A stretch of 64,000 nt of DNA from Vicugna vicugna (lineage: Eukaryota), in contig MU058687.1 of assembly GCA_013265495.1 (NCBI GenBank), forward strand, positions 2,978,001 to 3,042,000. The letters are read 5' to 3'. This document shows positions 28,314 to 42,199 of this stretch, in pieces. The notes under the pieces were generated by a model. That model was given only the letters and a program-made list of their open reading frames with translations, had not been told where the DNA came from and did no database searches. Numbering within the stretch: position 1 is the first letter of the stretch; each line of letters opens with the position of its first letter. The translations under genes and the position numbers were made by a program.

Positions 28314-28586
28314 GAGAGTTCCAGTCAAGGTAGTGGAGTGGTAGGACCACGAGCTTGCCTCTCCTTGCAACTACAATGAAACCACAACTGAATGCTAAAC
28401 AACCATTGAAAAAAGACTGGAACCTAGCATTGTTCCAACTACCTGGTCTTTGTTGTAAGGCTCTTATATATCCTAGCTCCTCCCCTACCTCTTTGGAGCA
28501 GTCCCTCAGAGCAATCTGAGAGGCTGTCATCCGAGCTCTAGTCCTCCCGCCAAATAAAACATAACTTCCAAAAAAAAAAGAAAAAA
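28314..28586 (+). mobile_element. Chimeric retroposed insert: L1 5'UTR-like head + ERV LTR U3/R-like segment + AATAAA + A tail
   Basis: AATAAA 28553-28558, A tail 28570-28586, flanks AAACGCTAT / AAAAGCTAT as a degenerate TSD; segment identities by recall. Confidence 0.6.
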
Positions 28587-28666
28587 GCTATCATATCGTC
28601 TTTTCCAATTCAACTCCCAGGAATCCCTCTGCCCTTCTACCTTCATAGAGGCCAAGAGACACTCAC

Positions 28667-28749
28667 ATTCAGGGATGGAAGCATTGTGAAGGTTGTTTCC
28701 TGAAAGCCGGGCCTGGAAGGCAGAACTGAAGAAGCCATCGCCAGGACCA
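28667..28749 (-). CDS. POMT2: POMT2 exon 8
   Basis: 83 nt, [35 protein letters not shown]. Confidence 0.95.
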
Positions 28750-29390
28750 CTGTGAGGAAAGGAGGAGCAGAAGAGAGTGAAGTTAATGGAGTGAAGTTGT
28801 GATTTCCCGGGAGCCCTAGGATGAGCTCTGCACAGCTCGTTTAAAAGAAGTACAGCCAAGTGGCAGCACAGTATCATGTAGCAGATACAGGTGATGGAGT
28901 CAGAGAAGCTGGGGTTCAAATCACAATTCAGTCATCTGATAGCTAGGCGAACTTCGGGAGATACCTGGTCTTGTTTAATCTCAATTCCTCATTTATAAAG
29001 CAGGGATTTTCAAAAATCAAAAGAACTATCATGACTGAGTTAATGTATACAAAATGCTGAACACAGCTCCTGATATGTAGCAGTGACCTGTTAAATGGGA
29101 GCTGCTGCTGGTGCTATTATCCCCACTCCAACTGCACATGCTCATGGTGGCCCATCCCTGGTAAGCACGAGGGACTTTGTTTAGGGATAAGGGGCAGTTT
29201 GGCTATTAGGAAAGTCTTTTCTTCCTTCAGGCCAGGGTACCCAAAACATACAAGGAAACAAACAGAAAAAAAACCCTGGGTCCCCCTTCCTATCATCCCA
29301 ACCACAGACCCAGGAAATCACACGGCCCATCCGTGGGCATAGAGGCAAGAGGAAGACCAAAAGCAAGATGCTGGAAAGGCTCTGGTGTAC

Positions 29391-29497
29391 CTTTTACTCA
29401 GCACCATGAAGTGAACGGCGTAAGTGGCTGTGTAGAGAGCCATTGGCAGCACTATGAGGCACAGGATGCGAGCGGTCAGGTGTTTTCCCATAGTCAC
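29391..29497 (-). CDS. POMT2: POMT2 exon 7
   Basis: 107 nt, [43 protein letters not shown]. Confidence 0.95.
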
Positions 29498-30134
29498 CTG
29501 CAAACAGAGCCAGGGCAGGGTGCTGGGCATAGGAAGCTTTATTATCCCTATGCCTGACATGCATGTTCTATGTAAGGTTTTATGTATAAGTCATAATCAT
29601 AAACAAGTGAAAAACTAATGGCCTTCAAGAAAGAAGAGTATGTGGAAACCCTAAGCCCTTCCATAACATCCCATCAACCAAACACTGCAGGGGGTTAAAA
29701 ATGGGTCAACCCTCCCCCATCTGGTCAGACCTTCACCCAGGACCCTGGGGTGTCATGAAACTGCTTACAAGGCATTGCCTGCATCTTCAGCATCGTCACT
29801 CATCAGTCCCTCTCCATCCCAGTCATGCTGACTCCCTGCACTTTCCCCATGCTCCTTGCACTGTGCCAGCCTCACCCATCACATGGATAGCTGCTCCTTA
29901 TCTTAACTTGGGGCCTCAGCTTCCTCCCAGAAGCCTTCCTGGATTGCCTGACTGGGCTCATGCCCTCCTCTGTGTTTTCACAGCACTTGCTGGCTAGACT
30001 ATGACTGCCTACTTCTGTATTTCTCTCTCTGTGTTGTCTCTAGAGGGCAGGAATCTTGTTTCACTCATCTGCATGGTGGATGGTCTATGTCTTCTGAATG
30101 AACTTGCTGGGACTTTGGTTCAGAGGTAATGGAG

Positions 30135-30350
30135 AGCATTATAGCAAAGTAGTTCAGGCCTAGAGTCAGCCTTGCCTGAGACTGAATCCTAGATTTACCT
30201 CTTACTACTTGCATGATCTTGGGAACGTTACTGCCTCTGCAGGTCTCAATTTCCTCATCTGTCAAGAGGGTAATAACTTCCTACCTCATGGGATTGTTAG
30301 GAGGAGGAAATGGGATGATGAGGGTAAAGCATTTTGCACAGTGCCTGACA
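30135..30350 (+). mobile_element. MIR SINE
   Basis: CTCAATTTCCTCATCTGTCAAGAGGGTAATAACTTCCTACCTCATGGGATTGTT...CACAGTGCCTGACA. Confidence 0.75.
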
Positions 30351-30817
30351 GGGTCAGCTCCTAAATAATAATATTGTAATAAACCGTAAAGGCCCTTACT
30401 GGCCTCCAGATCTGGAGACCTTGGGTCAGGAAAAGAAAACTATAATTTCAGGAAGTCATCTCGCCAATTCCACCTAAAGTCCCACGTAGTCAGCGTCTGC
30501 CACACGTTTGGCGTGAGCCCAGCTGGACAGACTCCCCTGAGTAAGTCATTTGTAGAGCGTTTAAAAACCAATGGAAGAACAAATACCAAAAGAGAATTCT
30601 AGGGATGACATTCCATCCTCTTCCTTCATAGCTCTCCAGCCTGTCAGCCATGGCCCACTCCCCACTGTCCTGTCCCCTACAGAGGGCAGTGGATCCAGGC
30701 TACCTCAGGCCCAGAACACAGCCGCTCTGATCCTGCAGCAGAAGCGGAGAAAAGCCGCTGGCTCTGCCGAGCAACACTGGGGAGCAAAGACATTCCTACA
30801 AGCACTTGGGTTCTCAC

Positions 30818-30977
30818 CATTGAAAGACTGCAGTCTCCAAACAGGTGCCAAAGGTCTGAAAGGGTGTTCCACCCCACCTGCAGGATGATAAAGAGGCCAA
30901 CAAACTTGACCCCTAAAGCACCAGCCAGATTAATGCCAGTCAGGCTGAGCCAGAACCACCAGGGGGCAGAGAAGGGC
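30818..30977 (-). CDS. POMT2: POMT2 exon 6
   Basis: 160 nt, [61 protein letters not shown]. Confidence 0.95.
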
Positions 30978-31061
30978 CTGAAAACCAACAAGACAGAGTT
31001 CAGTTTGGCAGCTGAACCATGCTCAGAAGCAAGAGCACTTCATATGATAACCTCTAGGACC

Positions 31062-31088
31062 TATAATGAAAAAGAATACATATATATA

Positions 31089-31134
<46 letters not shown>

Positions 31135-31203
31135 TGAATCACTATGCCGCACACCAGAAACTAACACAACATTGTAAATCAACATTACTTCAGTTTAAAA
31201 AAA
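31062..31203 (+). mobile_element. Artiodactyl-type L1 3' end containing an expanded (TA)n microsatellite (31080-31130)
   Basis: AATGAAAAAGAATACA(TA)n AAACTGAATCACTATGCCGCACACCAGAAACTAACACAACATTGTAAATCAAC...AAAAAAA. Confidence 0.8.
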
Positions 31204-32542
31204 TTGCAAGAGCAGCAGTGGGAAAGGGCAGAGGTTTTCTGACACTGAGAGGCTGTGCTGGGGCCTCTCCTTGAGGGCTCCCAACCTCAGCAAGGAGGAT
31301 GTGGTCTGTGAAGCCCCTGAAACCGCAGGAAACACAGTGCGAGAGTGAGGAGGTCATTCTTCTGGGGAGAAGGGCCACTGCTTTCCTGGCTAAGTATAGG
31401 GCTTCAAGTAAGGAAGAGGCTTATTTTTCAGTAGTGACCAGTCATGCAGAAGTAAAAGGAAGGTCCCGAGAAGCCCGCCATATACATTTAGCCCCCTCGT
31501 ATGTGCCACCCCTGGACCCCATGGGAGCTGGCACTTACTGGGGGTTTACTATGTGTCAGGCACTGTTCCAAGCACTTTACACGTATTAACTCTGTAACCT
31601 TCACGATAACCCCATGGAGGGAGATCCTGTCATTCTCCTCTTCTTCCATACGAGGAGCTCGAGGCACAGAGAGGTTAGGTAACACAGCCAGCAAGCAGTG
31701 GCACACGGTTCTAAGCCCAGCAGTTGGTGCCAAGGTCTGCCGTACTTAGAGCACGTAGCTCTCTGTGCTGCAGTCTCCGATCACCTACCTGGCTGCCTCC
31801 CTGCCAGCGGGAATGCTCCTCAACAGCCGAGGCCCACATATTTCTGTACCTCCAGCAGCTAGGACAGTACCTGACACATAATATGTACTCCAGAAATGGC
31901 AGGTGGAAGTGGCTGTGGCACCAGTGGAAGATAACCCAAACCAGAGAGAGCTGGTGGTCACTGCTTGGCCCTGGTGAAGCCAAGGTGACTTCTGGAAAAG
32001 CCTTGGCAGAGCCTGCTCTTTTAGTCTGAATAGAATGAATGACCTATTTTACTCTCAGAGGCAGAAGGATGATCTGGAAAAGACTATTCTGGAAGAAAGC
32101 CATACCCTCCAGAACAGCTTTAGAACTGACCAGGGCCTGCAGGGATCCTCTTGACTGACATAGACCCTTCAAGCCAGACTTTATATACTTTGTCCCCATC
32201 ACTAGGTCAGGACTGGATGCAACCACTGAGGGCGGGGAGACAAGCAGTTTCCAGGTAACGTCTGTTCTGGTGCCCTCCCCTCTAGCATGGAGAATGTGAA
32301 GGATAAAGTTCTCCCGGAATCTCCTTACCAGCACTGGTACCGACAAGTAGCTTGGAAGATGGTGGGGTGGCAGAAGGCATTAGGACCCTTCCATAATACC
32401 CAAAAAACCCTACCAAAATCCACCCACATTATAAAAATAATAACAATACTCTTGGAGAAGATAATTGATATTTTTTTAGTCTTATGTAAAGCAAAAATAA
32501 AAATATTATAGAAAATTTTTATAAATCTATTTTTATGATCTA

Positions 32543-32830
<288 letters not shown>

Positions 32831-33269
32831 TCAAAAAGTGGACTCAGAGATGGGCCCCCTGAGAACCAAACATCCCAGCAATAAGAAACAGCCCCCCTTG
32901 TGCTGAATTGCATGTAAGCATTTGTGCAGTCAAGATTAGGTGGCAACTGAGTCTTTAGGAAGGTGGAGTACACCAAAGCTCAGTGATACGAAAGAATATC
33001 TCACACTGTTCCCAGGCCCCTGACCCAAAAAAGGATCATGTCATTCATTCAGATAGAGTGGTCCTGAGATTAAGGCTCCTGCTAATTTCCACCATAAAAA
33101 AAGGGAGTTCTGCCAGCATGCTTAAGTAGCCACAAACTACACAAACCCAGGATCGGAGCTTGGCATTTCACATGAACTTTACTGGGAGGTGATTCTCCAT
33201 GCAGGTGCTGAAGTGATTTCTTTTTTTAACAAAATTTCATTACACCATGCACAGGCTTAAGACCTCCAG

Positions 33270-33820
33270 TGTCTTCCAGTCTCACTCAGACTAACAAACT
33301 CCTCAAGACAGCCACTGAAGCCTTCACGTTCTCCCTACCTAACCAACCTCCTCTCCCAATGCCCTCTGCCTCACTCACTCTACTCTGGCCACATCGGTCA
33401 TCTTGCTGTTTCCTGAATCCACCAAGTGCTGCCTTGCACCAGGACCACAGCACATGCTGTTCCCTCTACCCGGACGCTCTTCCCTCAGACACTGCACGGC
33501 TTAATCTTTGGCTTCACTCAAGTCTCTGCTCAAGGCCACCTCCTCAGGGGGCTCTTCAGTGACCACCCTACCTAAAACAGAATCACTCCCCATTACTGTA
33601 TTCCTTACCCTACTCTATTTTCTACACTGTACTTACTGCTTAAGGTGTTACATTACAGACTTACTAATTTACTTGCTTGCTTATTGTCTGCCCCACTAGT
33701 GAGTAAGCTCCATGATAGCAGTGTCTCATCAGTGTATCCTCTGAGGCCAAGCAAAGTGGCCTAACACACTGTAGATGCTTGAAAATAGTTGTTGAATGAA
33801 AAATTAATAAATGAATAACT
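33270..33820 (+). mobile_element. L2 LINE 3' end
   Basis: TTGTCTGCCCCACTAGTGAGTAAGCTCCATGA...GTTGTTGAATGAAAAATTAATAAATGAAT typical of the L2 3' terminus. Confidence 0.7.
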
Positions 33821-34537
33821 GAAGAGGAAAATTAAAGACCCAAGGAAAAAGCTACCAGTCCTCTAGAAACCCTATAATCTTGCAACACATCTGTCAAAGC
33901 AGAGCCAGAATTACCCCTAAAATAATCACCTAAACTGGTGTAGACTTCTTTACATGTTAAGCTCTATGAGGTCATGAATTCACTTTCATAAAAGCAAGGC
34001 TGGCAACAGGATCCATTTCTATGGATCAGCTCTCAATTATCCAGGTGAGGATTATCCATAAAAATAATTTAAGTTCCCATTTTGTTATCCTCTGCCCCCC
34101 AGCTACTTCTGAGGCATCTGCCCTTGCAGATGAAACTGAAATTAGTTTAAGGAATGCAAACTAATCTTGACAGTAACCTAAGAGAAGCAGAATTAGAATT
34201 ATAAGCCTCCTTCACATACACACACATACACACAAACACAAGCCCACACAAACTTAGTATCCATTCCAAACTCAAGGGTGGATGACTTGGAGACAATCTA
34301 TTCCTTAGGATTACCCATGCCAACTCACCCCTGTAATAATATAAACGCTTGCTACATATAAGTATTTATATATGTAAGTATTACTAGTGAATGAAAGGAG
34401 ATGTGTAATACATTTACCCAATTCTAAAGTTACTTAAGAACCGGGCCCATGGATAGGATCTTTAAATGTACTGATTTCCAGCTACATTCATAATGTGGCA
34501 GTCAATATCCCGAGAAAGGCGGTCTAGGATAACTTAC

Positions 34538-34646
34538 CAAAGGTGAGGAGGGCAGCCGTGAGCAGAGCTGCCGGGAGGGACTGGGACAGCTCCAGTACAG
34601 TGAGGTAGGCAAAGGGGACCAGCAAGGAGCCAAGGAACGCACAGAA
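34538..34646 (-). CDS. POMT2: POMT2 exon 4
   Basis: 109 nt, [44 protein letters not shown]. Confidence 0.95.
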
Positions 34647-36372
34647 CTGTGGAAGGAAAAGAGAAGCAGTCAAATAAGCAAGTAAGCTAAGCATCAGGGA
34701 CCTACATGACTTGGTACAAACTAATGTTTAAGATGGAGGACCCTGATGAAGGCATGCTAGTGGCCTACAATCACCTGGAATATGTTTAAATATGAAAGGG
34801 GTGGTGTAACAGTGAAAGATCAAATCAAGCAACATTTACGTCCCCATTGAGCACGAACTCGTGCACTGACACAAAATCAGCAAAGTTCAGGCAGGAAGGT
34901 AGGGCAGGACGGCACACTGGTTTCAAGTGGGTGGCTCCGGGGTTGGACTGCCCCATCACTGCTAGCTGTGACCTTGAGAGAGTCACATCTCGGTATCTCA
35001 GCCTCCCCACCTGTCTAATGTGAAAAATAAAAGTTCCTTTCTCATAGAGTTTACTCTTTAGATTAAATGAGCTAAAGTCTATCAACACACAGAAAGTACT
35101 TGATAAATAGTAGCTTCCGTTATAAAACTGGGTGCAAGTTGAGAAATACCTCTCCGGAGGTGTTTCAGTATTTTAGAAATATTATTTCTAAATAATAGTT
35201 ATTTCTGTTATTTCTCCCTTGGCCTTTTTCTTCAATCACACCAGAAATCACTCTTTAATCTACAGGTTGTATTTTGATTTTGGAAAAAAGACTGCTTGAC
35301 ACTTCAGCATCTGGAGTTTTTTTCAGTTTTATTTTGTTTTTAACTTTCAGCCTTCTCTCCATACCCCTACTCTGTCCATCAAAAGTAAACAGACAAGCCC
35401 AGGAGAATAGAAATTTTCACATTCGGATGCCACTTTTTGTCAGCAGAAAGCAATGTGCCTAGTGTGAAAGGGAACAGGGCTGTTATATTTGGCCTTCTTC
35501 ACAGCAAGTTCATAGTGAGTCAGGCCTTTACCCAATTATGTATGCTATGTGGTGTTCAAAAGTCATTAGGAAGACATAGAATCATTTAAGAATATGAACT
35601 TGAGGGTAGCAGACACTCCTTGTTTATATGGTATGTTATGACCACACAAATCATCCAGTGATCAGCCCAAATAATCACATGGCATTTACCTAAAGTGCTC
35701 TGAGCACCTCAAAGAAAGGGGCTATTAACACAACCTGCTGAGAGCTCCACATTGGAGGACAGTCTCTACAAGTCTTATTTAGCTACAGGTCCGGGGTCCC
35801 CAGACAGTTGGGTGTTTAGGCTCTGCCACGCTCCATCAAGGCTGGTGCTGGGACTCAGGACACAGAGGGACCAGGCAAATACACACTTCCCTTAAAAGAC
35901 TGGAAAACCTCTGTGAGTGCCTCTGTGTGTGCCACAGGGAAAGAAGTAGGAATCTGGTGCCAGGGGTGTGGGGATGCTGAAATGTTCATAAAGGCCCTCA
36001 GAGGTAGACAACACCCCAACAATTGTGGCCACAGAGAGGAAGAACGTGTAGCGTGCCAATATGCTGAGGCCCATGTTGGGGCTGCAGGAGAGGCCTGGCT
36101 GCCTGAGTTCCAGGCCGCCCTCTGATCTGAAATCTGATGGCTCATGTGGGCAGGGTAACAAGTGACAGGGTGGGCCGGCTCCTACCTACATAATCGCTGT
36201 ATTATCTGTGGCCTCCTGCTCCTTTCTTGCCCACCCCAGTTCTGAATCTCTCCTACAGGGCGTGGGAACAATCACCCTCCCTCCACCACCCCAAAGTCCC
36301 TTTGCCTACACCTGCCACCACTCCAGGGCTTCCAACTGTGACATGTCTGGCTGACAGTGGCCCCAGGGTTCA

Positions 36373-36567
<195 letters not shown>

Positions 36568-37959
36568 TCAGCTGCACCCAGACCTTGGCTTCCCCTGACA
36601 ACTTGTCCGTAGAAGGAGCTACCAATGTGACATTTTCTCCAGCAGCTGTTGCAGAGCAAAGAATCTTTTGTCTACAGAGCTCATTGCTTGAAACAAATCC
36701 TCTCTTGTGTTAAGGCCAAGTTCTTGGGAACAGTGCAGACTGAGCATTCAGGAAGAAAAAAATTCTCACAATTCGAAGGGCAGGGCCAGTGAGAGGCTCT
36801 CTCATTCAGCCTTCTTTAATTTGCTGTGGAATAAAACATGACAGCTCATGGGGGAGGACATGGACAGGGGCTGATTCCTGGGAGATTGATCCACTGAAAG
36901 GAGAGTGATGTTCCAGGTCAGAATGAGGAGGAAGGAAGCTGGCCAAATCATTACACACCAGGAAAAGAGAGAGGGGAAGAAAATGGAAAGCAGAAAGCAA
37001 AGACAGATTCATTTCCCCAGAGGGGAAGAGAAAAGTCCCAGAGGAAAAAAATGCCAAAAGGCCGGAGACTGGCTTCTCCTATTTCCAGTATTCCAAAGGG
37101 AGGCCACTCTGGCACATCCCAAAGCAGAATAAATCAACCATAAACTAAGACTGTGTGCTGTGAATCCTTCAAAACGTTCGAGAGGATCAGCCTCTTCATC
37201 TCTGTCTTTCCTTGACAATCAACACTGTAAAGTTCTCTTTCCAAACAAGTAATCAGAAGCGGCTAAAATGTAAAAACTGTCAGCAAATATTAAGCAAGTG
37301 TAACCACCCAGGCTCCCTCAGCTTGACTCCTGTGCTCCGGCTAGGCTGTGTGGAGGGAAAGCCCTTCCCAGAGACACTGCTTGTGAGGGTGTGGATTTGG
37401 ACCCCTAACCAACTCACTTTTTTCTCAAAGTAGTTTTAAACAGAGTCACTCTTCTGTGGTTCCATGACAAAGTATAGAAACCAAAGTTCAGCAGTAAATT
37501 ATTATAAAGCCTTAATTTTTTAAAAAAAAAGAAGAATCCCAGGGTCCAAAAGCTATTTAATATTAATTAACTTAATATAAAGTCGTATCAGGTATTGAAA
37601 AGACAGAGCCATCCAAATACCCAGGTGAACTAAAACTGAGAGGTGACAATGAAATCAATATCCTTTCCCACCTGGGATCTCAAGAGGACAAGCCTGCCTG
37701 GTGCTGGCATAAGTTTCCAGACTGCCTGGCTGGTCTGGTAGAGTGAAGAAATGCACAGACGGTTTGGATCTCAGTGGCCCTCGTACTAGCTTTCTAATTG
37801 TGGACGATACTTCGTATCTCTGAGCTACAGGAATGAAACCTTCCTTGCACAGGGTTGTGAGGCTTAGAGGTGATGCTATAGGTAAAACACCAGGCACTAT
37901 GCCAAGCACCTAATAAGCCCTCAAAATTCAGTTCCCATAGGTTAAAAGTAGCTCTAAGC

Positions 37960-38760
37960 TAATTTCCTGACTAAATAACTCATTCAAATCAATAAGAGCA
38001 ACCTACGAGAAAAATGTTTTTGTAGAAAACAAAACACAAATGGCTAATAAACATAAGAAAAACATGTTCAACCTAATTCAGAAGACATGCAAATGAAAAA
38101 ACAGTGATATATAGTTTTTTACGCTCAAATTGGCATAGTTTTGGGAGTCTGATCATACCAGAGCTGGCAATGATGTGAGAGAAGCAAGCACCCTTGTACA
38201 CTGTTGGTGGGAGTAGATATTATTACAACATCTTTTGTGGAAGAGCTTAACAATCTCTAACGTAAATCTAAATGGGTGTATCTTTTGACTCTTCAGTTCA
38301 GCTGTGGAGGCTCTTTTAGATACACTTGCACAACTATGAAAAGACAAATGTACAAGGATGGTCATTGCACTAGCTTTTGTAATGGCTAAAAACTGGAAAT
38401 AACATATATGCCCACAAACTGAAGAGAGGTCAAATAATTGATGGCACATCTGCACAGTGGAATAATACACAGCCTTTAAAAAGAATGGAGTACATTTTAT
38501 GTGCCAATGTGGAAACAAGATATATCATGTTTACAAATACAAGTTACTCAACGATTTTAGTCTGTTCCTATCTGCATATGTAATGTGTTGTTCATGTGAC
38601 CTAGCATACACGTGTGTATAAATGTATACACACATATTGGTATAAAGTTTCTGAGAGGACACATAAGAAACTGTTACAAAAGGTGGCCCTGGTTGCCTCT
38701 GAGGAATAGAAATGTGAGAGAAGGTAGCTTTTGACCTTTTATTTCCTTCTGCACTGATCA
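37960..38760 (+). mobile_element. Old L1 (L1M-type) ORF2 end/3' UTR fragment
   Basis: CCCTTGTACACTGTTGGTGGGAGTAGA...ACAAGGATGGTCATTGCAC...GGAATAATACACAGCC. Confidence 0.7.
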
Positions 38761-39334
38761 AACATTTAGCTTTGTGCAGGCATTTTTCTTTCTTTTAAAC
38801 GTACCAATTTGCCTGGAGCCCCTGTTGCCCAGGGCTGGGGACCAGAGTGAAGTGGCAGGTATTGGCCTCAGTATTGTAGGAGAAAAGTTCCTACTCACCT
38901 TCAAGGGCCTTTTTGATTCTTTGACTGGCTTGGCCCCAGAACCTATGAAAGCTACTTTGCTCATCACTCTCTTTCAACCAGGTAGAGCACAGAAACATCA
39001 GAAGATAAATTAGAGGGGCAGATGGACTGCCCTCCCAGGGGACAGCCACATTTCTCCCCTGTACACAGGGACCAGATGTGAGAAAGGGAAGGCTTCAGTG
39101 AAAACAAATCAGCCAGTGTTTCCCACACATCTTCACTGTGCTGAGCACTGGGGGACTCCAAACCCGGACAGGCAGTCCCCAGTTAAAAGACTGGGCTGGG
39201 CTTCCCATGAAAAATCTCCTTTAGGGGCAGGCTAGTTCCCAGGCTGGCCCAATGCAAGTATTCAGCACATTCTGCGGCTTAATTCTATGGCGGTAACAGA
39301 TGTACTCGCCTGAGTCCTGGGGCAAGGCAAGTTC

Positions 39335-39520
39335 ATGAGGCAGCGGTATTACGGCTAAGAGAGCAGACACTAAGCCAGTCTGAATCTCAGCTCTGCCACT
39401 TACTAGCTTTGCTCGCTATGGCAAACTACTTACTGTCTCTGAATCTCAGTTTCCCCATCTGTAAAATGAGGATATAACTTCATAAGGTTGTTCTGAGGAT
39501 TATATAAGATAATGCATCTA
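39335..39520 (+). mobile_element. MIR SINE
   Basis: CTCTGCCACTTACTAGCT...CTCAGTTTCCCCATCTGTAAAATGAGGAT. Confidence 0.8.
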
Positions 39521-40102
39521 AAGTGACTAAAATGGACTATTCAATTGCTCCTATTTTATTGTTGTTATCTTATAAAGGAGACAGAAAGAGGCACAACATT
39601 TTCTCTGGGCTTGGAGCTAATTTTGAAATAGGCCACCTATCCTACTTTCCTGTCCACCCCTCCCACCTGCAAGGGCCTTCTCTTGGTCCCTCCCCCATGC
39701 TCTGGTGCCTTCTCCCTAAGCCCATCTGTTACGGATCATCACCTCTGCCACCCCTCACCCCCTGCCTTCATCCCCAAGTACTCCATGCTCCAGGTTCACT
39801 CCCCAACTTCATTACAGGCAAATTCCTGTCACCTTAGTGCTGAAGATCTCAGCCTCCAGTTAGGAAGAAAGGACTAAGTGAGTGCCAGTGTTAACCCATT
39901 AGCCTTCTCAATGGTGTCTGTTTTTAAGAGAGTAAAATGAATTCTGATTGGTGGAATTTCTCCTTGTTAACTATGTGAAAGGAACAAGGCCAAACGTGTC
40001 TGCTGGGAGTGGGGAGAGGGAAAGAAGTTTCGCTCCCTTGTGGACAATCAGCTCCCCTAAACTATTTCTGCTTTATACAACATACTCCTTCTTTCCATTT
40101 CT

Positions 40103-40530
40103 CTTTTTTAAATTAAGATAAAATTCATATAACATAAAATTCACCGCTTTAAAGTGTACAATTCAGTGGTTTTTAGTTTATTCACAAGGTTGTACAACCA
40201 TCACCACTACCTAATTCCAGAATATTTCATTACCCCAAAAAGAAACTCTATATCCATGTGCAATCACTCCCCAAGCTTCCCTCTCCCCTGACCCTGGCAC
40301 CTACCAAACTAGTTTTTGTCTCTATGGATTTGCCAGTTCTGGACATTTCATATAAATGGAATCATACAATACATGGCCTTTTATGTCTGACTTCTTCCAC
40401 TTAGCATAATGTTTACAACATCCGTCCATGTTATAGCATATGTCGATATTTCATTTCTTTTTCATATCTGAATAATATTCCATTGTATAGCTAATACCAT
40501 GTTTTGTTTATCCATCCATCAGCTGATGGA
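40103..40530 (-). mobile_element. L1M (L1MB-like) 3' UTR fragment
   Basis: AAAGTGTACAATTCAGTGGTTTTTAG...TGGACATTTCATATAAATGGAATCATACAATA...CTTAGCATAATGTTT. Confidence 0.85.
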
Positions 40531-40671
40531 CTCTCGATCCATTTCTCAGCTCAGAGGATTCCTAAAAACACCAAAGGTTTTCCATGAAAAAGCAGCTGTT
40601 CTGGAATGTCAGGGAATTCTTTCTATAAGCCCAAGAATTAAATCCAATCTAAGACTTGGCTCCAGCCCTTA

Positions 40672-40812
<141 letters not shown>

Positions 40813-42199
40813 TTATCATAAATACAAATAGCTTGATAAAACTTGGTTAAAATTACAGTTAAAATCAAAGGCTATAAGTCTCAAGCAATTAATGAGAAAA
40901 TTTGGATTAAAAAAAAGCTTTTGACACAAGTGATTTGAGGAAGCAAAACATCAAGCTGGTCCTTAACCTTCATTTAGATAGATGAGAAAGCCTAGCTAAT
41001 ATTTACCAACCAGTTGTCATAAATTTAAATTAAATCTATACTTACTCTATACCTTGAGTTTCTATTTATTTTAAAAAGGCAAAGAGTTTCCTATAATAAA
41101 GAGTTTTGTAATAAGAGTTTTCTTCCAAGTCTGCTAACTTCTAACCCTGAGACTACTTTTGCTACCAGTAATGTAGTTTCTGTAGTGTAGTTACAAGCTA
41201 CACTGCAGGCTACTGATCAGTAAAAGCCTATAAACCGTGATTGTTCCTGGACTCTGATTTTGCTCCCAACTTGTATAATTAATCTGCTAACTATGAACTC
41301 ACTATCTTACTATAATAAACTAACCAGCATATAAAAAATGAGAGCTTTCTTACTAAGTTAACAACCAATCTAAAACCTATTCTCATTTTGCAAATTATTT
41401 TGCAAGTAAATAAGTGATTCTGTACATTAGCTTCTGAACACAATGCAAAAATCTTGTTTTTCTATATAAGCACAGTAAACCTTTTCACACCCTACATGGG
41501 GGTTATCCTGCAGAGACTGGCCATTTCTGTTTGTCAGTCTCTCCCTGCAGCTCAGAAGAACAGTTGCTGTCTAGTGACTGTCTATTCCCAGGTCAGCTTC
41601 CATAAGCAGTTATTGCTGACCTACAACATAAAGGGCAAAACATCCTTTTTACCAAAAATGTAGAGTTCTTTTTTTTTTTTTCCACTCAGTGGGTCCAGCA
41701 GATAGGTAGAAGGGGTAAGTCTAATCCTGCACCTGCTAGGCTTAAGCACTCTGCTTGACATGAAGCGAGGTGGTGTCAAAGAGAAAAATAACTTCCAAGC
41801 AGTGTGACAAAATAAATTTACAGGAAAAAAAAAAAAGAGAGGGAGAGAGAGAGATGCAGTCCCAGCTTCACCACTTACTGTCAGCATGACCTAGAGAAAT
41901 CCCTCACCCTCTCTGTATCTCTTTTCTCATCTACAAAATGAAGACAGTAATAGTATCTGCCATGTCCACCTCGCAGGGAGGTGCCGAGGCTCAATTCAGG
42001 TAACACATGTGAAAGAACTCCGTAGACTATAAAGTCCCACACAGGCTGGGCACTATTTAAACTGTCCCAACATTTGTGGCTAGTTTTGAAGTCTGTTTGG
42101 ATACATACTGAAAAAGGGGTATAAGATTTTTACTTCAAAAACTTCCCAAGTAAAACTAGTAGTAGCAGTCACACTTTCTCTTGGCTTTTATTGTGTGTT

